Of a stretch of 64,000 nt of DNA, positions 56,586-64,000 are shown piece by piece. Below the pieces are notes generated by a model, which made no database searches, was not told the origin of the DNA, and was given only the letters and a program-made list of their open reading frames with translations. The position numbers and the translations under genes were made by a program. Every line of letters starts with the position of its first letter. Position 1 is the stretch's first letter. Source of the stretch: a virus; IMG/VR virus record IMGVR_UViG_3300020404_000006; one strand, 5' to 3'.

Positions 56586-58172
56586 TTAGTCTTTCCCTAT
56601 AATAGTGTTGTTTATAACCAAGTAGTCTATATTCATATTTAGAAAGGATTGAATAGCGTCCTCTGGAGTCTCTACTATGGGTTTACCATTATCATTGAAT
56701 GAAGTATTCAACAATACAGGGACTCCACTGATTTTATAATACTCTTCTAGTAACTCAGATAAGATGCCTTCACTGACTGTCTGAATCCTACATGTATTGT
56801 CAACATGTGTTATTGCTGGAATCTTATCTCTCTTGTCTTTCTTTACCGTTTGAGAATACAACATGTATGGACTATCAATATCTTCCTCAAAATAATCCTT
56901 GAGATAGTCCTTAAGTATGACACCAGCAAAGGGTCTCCACTCTTCTCTATGTTTTACCTTCTCGTTTAATATATCCTTATTCTCTTTATATTTAGGTGAC
57001 ATCAAAATGGATCTATTCCCAAGTGCCCTAGGACCGAACTCAGATCTACCTTGATACCATGCAATAATTTTTCCGTCCTCTAAGTATTGTGCAACTTTTT
57101 TAATATCCAAACTATCTTTATATTCTGATATATCAATTTGCTTTGGTGTAGAGTATGATTTACCTAAGAAGGCAAGATTTTTAGGAATCTGAACTTCATT
57201 CCACATTGATGCACCAAACGCCGCTGCTCCAAATGCCAAACCACAATCACTTACAAAAGGAGTGATGTGAAACTTTCTGTTCTTGAGAGTCTTTACTATT
57301 TTTGTGTTAGCATTGATGTTAAGAAACACTCCGCCAGTTAAACAAATTGTCCCATCTAAGTAATCTTCATTTAATCTTAACATTAATTCAGTAAGAGATT
57401 CCTCAAAATTGTATTGCAATAACTGAGCTTTGTCCGAAGAAGAAATTGGATAAGGTCTTGGATCCCTCATATCAAATAATACTTCTGGGAAGTGTGATCC
57501 AAAGTTATATAACTTTTGTATATGTTTACCAGATCCATATGCGGCAAGACCCATGATCTTTCCAGCAAAAGAACAATGATGTTTTGGGTCCATAAAATCT
57601 ATTTCCTGTCCGATCTTCTTACAGAAAATATGATGTGACCAGTATTGATATAGTAATCCCCACTCACCATTGAAAGGGAAATACTTAAATTTATTTCTTC
57701 TCTTATCGAAGAGAACCATTGAGCATTTTTCTAATCCAAGAGAATTTCCATCAGTCCAGTTGTGAGAACCACCACCATCAATTACAATACACACTCCATC
57801 ATTGGATGGTTGAGTGAATATAGATGAATAAGCATGTGCTTGATGATGAGAAATATATCCTATCTCCGCATTAGGGAAAATTTTCTGTAGATACTCTTGA
57901 GGTTCATTTTTTTCTAGACTCCTTACCCAATCCTGTAAACCAATATCTACAAACATGACTAGGTTGATGTCTTCTTTATTAAGACCTTCTATCACATAGT
58001 CTATGGATTTTTCTGGATATCTTCCATCATACTTTAAACCGCTAAGTCTTTCTTCCTGTATGCTACAGATATGTTCACCGTCTACAAATAAGGTTGCACC
58101 AGCATCATGTATATAACTTTCTCTATCAGATCCATCAAAGAGGATAGATCCATATATTCCTAAGACTTTCAT
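56586..58172 (-). CDS. Carbamoyltransferase (NodU/CmcH/TobZ family)
   Basis: EERLSG.KY, HHQAHA, IDGGG, GKIMGLAAYG, GGVFLN, EFGPRALGNRSIL, KHRE.WRPFA, LLNTSFN. Confidence 0.92.
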   Translation of the reverse strand: MKVLGIYGSILFDGSDRESYIHDAGATLFVDGEHICSIQEERLSGLKYDGRYPEKSIDYVIEGLNKEDINLVMFVDIGLQDWVRSLEKNEPQEYLQKIFPNAEIGYISHHQAHAYSSIFTQPSNDGVCIVIDGGGSHNWTDGNSLGLEKCSMVLFDKRRNKFKYFPFNGEWGLLYQYWSHHIFCKKIGQEIDFMDPKHHCSFAGKIMGLAAYGSGKHIQKLYNFGSHFPEVLFDMRDPRPYPISSSDKAQLLQYNFEESLTELMLRLNEDYLDGTICLTGGVFLNINANTKIVKTLKNRKFHITPFVSDCGLAFGAAAFGASMWNEVQIPKNLAFLGKSYSTPKQIDISEYKDSLDIKKVAQYLEDGKIIAWYQGRSEFGPRALGNRSILMSPKYKENKDILNEKVKHREEWRPFAGVILKDYLKDYFEEDIDSPYMLYSQTVKKDKRDKIPAITHVDNTCRIQTVSEGILSELLEEYYKISGVPVLLNTSFNDNGKPIVETPEDAIQSFLNMNIDYLVINNTIIGKD

Positions 58173-59623
58173 TTTAAGTAAACAGTTCTAATTTCATAAT
58201 TAAAGTTCTCCTCATTGTATATTTTAACACGCTCTACCAAATGATTCAATGTGTAGTTCTTTTTACCCTTGACAGAGATGTCGTCTGCGATATCATATAA
58301 CATTGCTTTGTTCTTACCCTTTCCCTTTCTAAGGACCCTACCAATACTTTGTAGATTTCTAATTCTAGATTTGCTAGGTGATGCAAAAATGACGTTATGT
58401 AAGTTTTTAATGTTAATTCCTGTAGAAAAAGTTCCATAAGACGCAACAATGATCGCATCTGCTTCTCTATCGACGATAGATCTAACCTCTTCCCTCTCTT
58501 CACTATCAACTCCACCATGAACATAAAAGACTTTTCTATCGTTATCACTGTTGATTAAATTATATAGTGGTTCACCATGAGCCTCTACTCTACTGAATAG
58601 GACTAGGGTGTTACCCTTCAAACTTAAAGCAAGATTTCTGATGAATAAGTTTCTCTTCTCATGTTCTATGATATAATTCATCTCTTCCCTGTAATCATCA
58701 AAGGGAATTGCTGGATGTTTTAACAATACAATTCTGATATCCAACTTAGCAAGTTGACCTTTCTTCTGTAGATCTGATGTTTGAGTTACCTTGTAAGAAG
58801 GACCAAACAATCCCTCCAACACCCACTTGTGTGTTTGCGATCCACTCAGAGTTCCAGTAAATCCGTATCTATACTTAGTATCTCTCATCTTAGACATGAT
58901 ACCAATTAGAGATTTGGACTTGAATTGGTGTGCTTCGTCTCCTATAATCACATCAAACTTAGCAAAGAAGGTCTTATCCATAGTATAGATAGACTGCCAT
59001 GTTGATATAGTTACACGTTGTTGTGTACTTTTTTTCCTACCTGCATAGACCTTATGACAATATTTCTCGACATCCCATCCATAATCTATAAAGTCCTTAT
59101 ACATCTGTTCTACAAGAGAGGTAGTAGGGACGACTAATAATATTCTTCTCTTTCTTCCTACATGATATCTCGCAACGGCATATATCATCAGGGATTTGCC
59201 TGACCCAGTTGGAGATATAATTAATCTTCTATTATATTTGAGTGCATCATACACACCCTCTATTTGATAATCTCTAGGTTTGAAACTAGAAATTGCAGTC
59301 ATATAATCTTTCACACCTTCTAATGATATCTCCTCATTCTCTTCAAAAGGAGTACCATATGTTTCGTTATTTTTAAACTCTACACTATAATTTGCTTTTC
59401 TTGCCCAAGCAATAACTTTGTCTAACAGTCCTACATACAACTCACCTGTTGCAGTAGAGAACAGTCTGATCTTACCATCCCAATGCCTGTTCCTATACTG
59501 AGGCATATACTTGGCGCCTGGAACATCAAAGGTAAAGTAATCTGACAGTTCTTGTTGCACATGAGGTTGTGCATCTACAGTAAGATGGACTTCATTCTTC
59601 TTGACAATAATAAGATCACTCAT
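58169..59623 (-). CDS. uvsW: SF2 helicase (T4 UvsW)
   Basis: RDYQ, PTGSGKS, DEAH, GFTGT, LQSIGRVLR; likely start at 59623. Confidence 0.95.
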   Translation of the reverse strand: MSDLIIVKKNEVHLTVDAQPHVQQELSDYFTFDVPGAKYMPQYRNRHWDGKIRLFSTATGELYVGLLDKVIAWARKANYSVEFKNNETYGTPFEENEEISLEGVKDYMTAISSFKPRDYQIEGVYDALKYNRRLIISPTGSGKSLMIYAVARYHVGRKRRILLVVPTTSLVEQMYKDFIDYGWDVEKYCHKVYAGRKKSTQQRVTISTWQSIYTMDKTFFAKFDVIIGDEAHQFKSKSLIGIMSKMRDTKYRYGFTGTLSGSQTHKWVLEGLFGPSYKVTQTSDLQKKGQLAKLDIRIVLLKHPAIPFDDYREEMNYIIEHEKRNLFIRNLALSLKGNTLVLFSRVEAHGEPLYNLINSDNDRKVFYVHGGVDSEEREEVRSIVDREADAIIVASYGTFSTGINIKNLHNVIFASPSKSRIRNLQSIGRVLRKGKGKNKAMLYDIADDISVKGKKNYTLNHLVERVKIYNEENFNYEIRTVYLK

Positions 59624-60045
59624 AATCCATTCGTAAATCGCTGCCACTCAATGGCATTTTTAATCTGATACGTTCGATTCTGTATAACCTTGAGAATACT
59701 ATCCAAATAATCTAACATGATCTGATAGTATTCTATCTTTGCAGTACACCTGATAAGGTCTTGATCTGCATCAAAGTATTTGTCTAGGTCTGCTTTTAGA
59801 ACTTTATAGTCAAAAGGTTTTTCTACATATACTTCTGGTGATGCCTTACCTGTGTAGTATTGCCACTTCTCCTTCTTTAAAATTTTGTACTGAGTTTCCT
59901 GAGCTTTCTGTAAGGTCAGGATGTTGGTGTAAATTTTGTAGTATTTTGCGTGTAAAGCGGGTATTTTTGTTGACTCATTGTGTAGTAATTCATTATCAAT
60001 TATGGAATCTTTATCCCACAAGTCTTGTATAAATTCAAGATTCAT
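59620..60045 (-). CDS. uvsY: Recombination mediator (T4 UvsY)
   Basis: D..ID...L..ES..IP.LHAKY, YYTG, R..QIKNAIEW..F..G. Confidence 0.9.
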   Translation of the reverse strand: MNLEFIQDLWDKDSIIDNELLHNESTKIPALHAKYYKIYTNILTLQKAQETQYKILKKEKWQYYTGKASPEVYVEKPFDYKVLKADLDKYFDADQDLIRCTAKIEYYQIMLDYLDSILKVIQNRTYQIKNAIEWQRFTNGL

Positions 60046-60601
60046 CTCCTATTAGACTCTCCACATTAAAAATAGTATATTTAAAAGTAGCAGTCGCTAC
60101 AATATAATTTATATCAGTTACATCAGCGCTAAATGGAACTGGTGTCAATGAAGTTGGGAACATATCCTTGAAATCAACCTTAGCGATTGTATTGAAACTA
60201 CTGTTGTAAACTAGTATTGTTCCATCAGATCTGGCAGCGTTTAACAGATCTGTTTGTTGAGGATCCAGACTGACTCCTTCTCTAAGAGACTCAGGAAATC
60301 CAAGTGCTCTCATCCACCTCTCAATCTGTAGGTAGTTCTCTAAGTTTTCATCTATAAAGAATTCTACATCCAGATCACCATATTGCAACTTATCGCCAGG
60401 AACAGGAATGTCTCTGAGATATGTGCTTTGGATTGCAGCACCTAAAGTTATGTTAGGTAAAGATACTGACTTGGAAAAGAAATCCACCTTGGGTGCTTTC
60501 TGCAAGGTGAATTTGAATCCAGCTGGAGACAGAAAATTCCTATTTTTAATTTGTCTATCAAAGAGATTAGGTCCTTTGATATCAGTGTATTCTCTGCTCA
60601 T
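60035..60601 (-). CDS. gp3: Tail tube terminator/completion protein (T4 gp3)
   Basis: NFLSP.GFKF, PGDKL.Y.DL, F.IDENLENY, F.D.FP; late promoter AATAAATA at 60614-60621. Confidence 0.85.
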   Translation of the reverse strand: MSREYTDIKGPNLFDRQIKNRNFLSPAGFKFTLQKAPKVDFFSKSVSLPNITLGAAIQSTYLRDIPVPGDKLQYGDLDVEFFIDENLENYLQIERWMRALGFPESLREGVSLDPQQTDLLNAARSDGTILVYNSSFNTIAKVDFKDMFPTSLTPVPFSADVTDINYIVATATFKYTIFNVESLIGDES

Positions 60602-60616
60602 GAGTTTTATCTTTAT

Positions 60617-61243
60617 TTATTCAGCGAAGTCGGGGTCTTCACAGACATCTGCAAGTTCAGAAGCCATTTGACCACCTATTTCCGATCCTTGGTTCCCCCC
60701 AAACATTGCGACCCAACCAGCAGCAAGCCACCCAACAAAGGGAATATTGACAAAGGCAGGAGCAACAGCAGTCCCCACGCTAGTCCCAACAAGTCGCCCT
60801 GTCTGCTTTCCACCACCGACCGCCTCGATACACTCGACCTGTTGGGCAGTGAGCTTTCCCGACTGACTTCCTCCGTTAGTATTGTCTTGCCAGGATCTTG
60901 GGTTGGATACTGCTCCTCCTTGATGGTGAGCTCCGTCCATAGTGTACTCCTCAGTGACTCGGATTTTGTTGTTAGCCAATCCCAGAAAGCCACCTTTTAT
61001 ATTCTTATCCCTTTCCACACGCATCACTGTAGGGTCATTACCCTTATAGTCAATGCGATATCCGTCTTCCCCTACTTCTGCTCTATAAGAGGTATAGTCA
61101 CCCACAGGCAAGTTTATGTTTGGTAATTTCGATCCTCTTTGACTCAACATACCTATCATACCGATATGTGATACGGCAAGGAGACTACCCACAGTGCCTA
61201 TAGCGATCCACTTCCACTTACTTCCGTTTGGTTGTGTCATCAT
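60617..61243 (-). CDS. Membrane protein with N-terminal TM and C-terminal glycine-zipper hairpin
   Basis: Likely start MMTQ at 61243; WKWIAIGTVGSLLAV; GRLVGTSVGTAVAP..GWLAAGWVAMFGG. Confidence 0.75.
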   Translation of the reverse strand: MMTQPNGSKWKWIAIGTVGSLLAVSHIGMIGMLSQRGSKLPNINLPVGDYTSYRAEVGEDGYRIDYKGNDPTVMRVERDKNIKGGFLGLANNKIRVTEEYTMDGAHHQGGAVSNPRSWQDNTNGGSQSGKLTAQQVECIEAVGGGKQTGRLVGTSVGTAVAPAFVNIPFVGWLAAGWVAMFGGNQGSEIGGQMASELADVCEDPDFAE

Positions 61244-61275
61244 CTCACACAATATAGTGCTTACTATATAGGCAT

Positions 61276-61302
61276 AAAAAAAGAGACCCATTTGGGTCTC
61301 TT
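61276..61302 (-). terminator. Intrinsic terminator after gp23
   Basis: AAGAGACCC-AAAT-GGGTCTCTT followed by T-run. Confidence 0.85.
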
Positions 61303-61324
61303 AGTAAGATATGTAATATCCGAA

Positions 61325-62731
61325 TTACATAAGGTTTGCAACCTTAACTCTTCTGTAGTAGCGGTTAGCGTTGGAAAGAAGTCTTCCAAGTCCTTGGTTA
61401 GATACGTTACCTTCGGCAAATGGGTTTGCAACGATTCCGTAACGAGTCTTGAAGCCAATTTTTGGTTGGAAGGTGTCCTGACCCACTGCACGAACCATCT
61501 GTAGAGGAACGTAAGGGCAGTAGAACAATCCAGCGTCATAAGGGTTAGTACCCTTGTAACCAACAACGTAGTACTGATTAGCGTCATTGTTTGCAGCGAA
61601 AGGATCGATGTAAACTTTGTACTTACCAGCAAGAGTACCAGCAAATGTATTACCAGTATCGTCAACGTTTAAGTTAGCGTTAAGTGCAGGGGTGTAATCA
61701 AGGATTCCAGCCATTGTAAGAGCTGAAGCAACGTCGGCAGAGCAGAGAACCACGTTGCCCTTTCCGCGACGAGTTCTTTGTGCGATTTGGTTCGCATCTC
61801 TTTCGATCTGGAATAGAAGTCCTTTGAACTTCTCAACTGACCAACGACCGTTTGAGTCGGTGTCTAAGTCGAACGTTCCAGCGGTTGCAGTGTTGATTGT
61901 TGCACCTTGTTCTGCGACCTTGTAGATAGTACGGATAACTTCGCGGTTGATCTCAGCAAGAATCTCAGTTGAGAGAATGTTTGCGAGTTCAGACTCAGCG
62001 TTTAATCCGTGAATTGCTTTAAGGTCTTGAGCCAATTCTAAACTGTACTCAGCTTTGAGTGCTCTGGACTTCGCAGTCACAGTAACTTTCTCGATGCTGA
62101 ATGCCATTTCTTGGAAAGCGTTAGCAGCAGCGTCTCCTAATGCCTCAGACTCACCAGTAACCATACCTTGACCAACAGAGTAGTCAGTAGTAGTTGCGGA
62201 ACCAACAGGGTTAAGAACGCCTGGGTTAGTGCCGTTAGGTGAAGATGTAGTACCAAAACCAGCGGCAACGTCTGTCATGCCACCTGTAAGGTTCTGAGAG
62301 GAGTTCTGTCCAGAGAATGAAGTATCTGGTTCATCGAAGAGAGCCTCAGTTCCACTCTGATTAGTGAATCTGGATCTCATTGCGAAGATAAGTCCTGTAG
62401 GACCAGACATTGGTTGAACACCAGCAAGGTCATATGCGACCAAGTTAGGCATTGCACGTCTGATAAGACTAATCAACACAGGGTCGAAACCAGCAACAGG
62501 GCCGCCTGCGGCAGATGAACCACTAAATCCACCAGTTCCAGCGGAGTTAGTAGGAGATGCCTCAGTCAATGACTGGAAAGCATTCTCTTCTCTGAGCATT
62601 TGCTCTTGGTTTTCGAGAAGAACCGCAGTAACGTTTCTTCTATGTGCGTCTTTAATTGGATCTGACCCTTCGTGATCTAGAAGGGGAGCCCACTTTTCAG
62701 TGAGTTGTTGATAGTTGATGTTTTGTTGCAT
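61325..62731 (-). CDS. gp23: Major capsid protein (T4 gp23)
   Basis: EKWAPLL, GVQPMSGPTGLIFAMR, AKSRALKAEYS.ELAQDLKAIHG, GFKTRYG. Confidence 0.98.
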   Translation of the reverse strand: MQQNINYQQLTEKWAPLLDHEGSDPIKDAHRRNVTAVLLENQEQMLREENAFQSLTEASPTNSAGTGGFSGSSAAGGPVAGFDPVLISLIRRAMPNLVAYDLAGVQPMSGPTGLIFAMRSRFTNQSGTEALFDEPDTSFSGQNSSQNLTGGMTDVAAGFGTTSSPNGTNPGVLNPVGSATTTDYSVGQGMVTGESEALGDAAANAFQEMAFSIEKVTVTAKSRALKAEYSLELAQDLKAIHGLNAESELANILSTEILAEINREVIRTIYKVAEQGATINTATAGTFDLDTDSNGRWSVEKFKGLLFQIERDANQIAQRTRRGKGNVVLCSADVASALTMAGILDYTPALNANLNVDDTGNTFAGTLAGKYKVYIDPFAANNDANQYYVVGYKGTNPYDAGLFYCPYVPLQMVRAVGQDTFQPKIGFKTRYGIVANPFAEGNVSNQGLGRLLSNANRYYRRVKVANLM

Positions 62732-62771
62732 CGGTCTATAAGAGTTGTTTAGTTAAAAATTAATCCAGTTC

Positions 62772-63854
62772 CTATTTCATACGTCCAAGTGCTTCAAGAT
62801 ATGCAGCCATAGTGCCAGTTGCTGGCTCTACATGTTCTGCTTCTTCCTTAAGTTCTTGAGGAGCGGACGCTGTGGATGTTGTTTTCTTCTGTCCGAAATA
62901 AGATTCTTTCAGAGTTTCAATTTTTCCACGATAGGATTCTTCACTTTCAAACTCAACACTTTCTGCAAGAGTTTGTAGTTTCTCTTTCTGAGATACTGCA
63001 AGTCCTTCTGCAACGTTGTTGAAGACAGTCTGAGCAGTTGACTCACCAAGTTTTTGGTTAAGTGCAACGTTTCTTTCTATCTGCTCATTGAGCTTGGTCT
63101 CCATTTCATCAAGTTTGTCCACCATGTTTTCTAGGACATCATATTTATCTTCAGGTAAGGTTACATAATGTTCTTCAAAAAGCTTTTTCATGCCTTCCAT
63201 GAAGGATTCAGTCATTTCGGATTTAATGCCTTTCTCGATAGCGATAGCATTTTCCTCCATCCATTCTTGGGCGACATATTCGAGGTATGCGTCTGTTCTC
63301 TCAGTGAGTTCGACTTTGATTTCCTCAACCTGTTCGTTGAGTGCTTTCTCATACTCTTCGTTTAACTGATTCTCGATATCTGTGATCTTAGCATTGATAG
63401 ATGCCTCGAAAATCACCTTTGCCTTTTCTTTGAATTCCTCAGAAAGGTCTTCTCCAGAAAGAAGTGCGTTGACATCTTCTTCGATGGCAGCGTTTAGATC
63501 AACTGCTTCAGTTTCAGTTGACTCTTCTTCAGCGACAACCTCTTGGGTTTCGTCGGCTTCCGCCTCTTCGGCGTACTTGGGTGCAGTAGGCATTGGATCA
63601 GCTTTACCAGCGTTTTTAGTGATTACGTCTTTAACTTGCTTAATAGTCGCGGTTGGCGTTTTAAGCATGTTGCTGTTGTCGTCAGGCTTTGAGTTCTCAG
63701 GCGTAGGACCACCAAGATCTTCAACGGAACCTTGACCATCAGGAACGTAATTGGGAGTAGAGGGCATTGGATCGCCTTTTGCTGCTCCACTATTTACAGC
63801 GGTATTAGATTGCTGTGTCTTTACATCCATTTCTTGTAAATCTCCACGGGACAT
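62772..63854 (-). CDS. gp22: Prohead core/scaffold protein (T4 gp22)
   Basis: LSEEFKEKAKVIFEA, D.YLEYVA.EWM.EN, ESFM.G.K.LF.EHY; position before gp23. Confidence 0.92.
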   Translation of the reverse strand: MSRGDLQEMDVKTQQSNTAVNSGAAKGDPMPSTPNYVPDGQGSVEDLGGPTPENSKPDDNSNMLKTPTATIKQVKDVITKNAGKADPMPTAPKYAEEAEADETQEVVAEEESTETEAVDLNAAIEEDVNALLSGEDLSEEFKEKAKVIFEASINAKITDIENQLNEEYEKALNEQVEEIKVELTERTDAYLEYVAQEWMEENAIAIEKGIKSEMTESFMEGMKKLFEEHYVTLPEDKYDVLENMVDKLDEMETKLNEQIERNVALNQKLGESTAQTVFNNVAEGLAVSQKEKLQTLAESVEFESEESYRGKIETLKESYFGQKKTTSTASAPQELKEEAEHVEPATGTMAAYLEALGRMK

Positions 63855-63903
63855 TTTGAACTCTCCGTCGTAAAACGTGTTTAGATATCGTATAATCTAT
63901 GTT

Positions 63904-63911
63904 TATTTATT
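63904..63911 (-). promoter_or_regulatory. T4-type late promoter (AATAAATA)
   Basis: Between gp21 stop and gp22 start. Confidence 0.7.
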
Positions 63912-63914
63912 AAA

Positions 63915-64000
63915 TCAAAGATTTGATAAGAAGTTTTGGAAGATTTCCAACTTCTTCTCGTCAAGTTGACCTTGATCTACTAATTTATTTATAGTTTTTT
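63915..64000 (-). CDS. gp21: 3' end of prohead protease (T4 gp21), partial
   Basis: KTINKLVDQGQLDEKKLEIFQNFLSNL*; synteny upstream of gp22. Confidence 0.75.
   Translation of the reverse strand, partial: KTINKLVDQGQLDEKKLEIFQNFLSNL

Noticed and set aside
60551-61665. ORFs 60551..61126 (+), 60676..60993 (-) and 61264..61665 (-)
   Set aside because: Alternative or antisense frames over the glycine-zipper gene and gp23; no independent evidence

Overview
A 64-kb stretch of a T4-like cyanobacterial myovirus genome. It is AT-rich and carries pebS, PTOX, mazG, cobS-like AAA, hsp20 and a tryptophan-halogenase-like gene; pebS suggests a Prochlorococcus-type host (inference). Almost everything is on the minus strand and follows the usual cyanomyovirus order from the right end: gp21 (partial)-gp22-gp23-gp3-uvsY-uvsW-gp55-gp47-gp46-vWA/AAA-pebS-gp45-gp44-gp62-regA-hsp20-gp43-uvsX-gp41-mazG...gp61-nrdA-nrdB. 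The only plus-strand block (2926-11726) holds tail-fibre-like proteins, a subtilisin-like protease, a cupredoxin-tipped fibre protein and a late-promoter operon of three exported proteins, facing a convergent cluster of small membrane proteins. Features missing from the ORF track: a tRNA-Gly(UCC), a probable manA-type structured RNA with a consensus sigma70 promoter, about nine small ORFs, many T4 late promoters and a duplicated early-promoter cassette. Best candidates for undescribed systems: (1) the late exported/outer-membrane module at 9.3-14.1 kb; (2) late proteins with capsid-targeting-like leaders and repeated gp21-type cleavage sites, including a nucleotidyltransferase and modular polyproteins; (3) a structured RNA + tRNA + tandem Sm-like protein unit upstream of DNA polymerase; (4) a protease/copper/His-rich tail-fibre operon. 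All family assignments come from motif recognition by eye; no database search was run.
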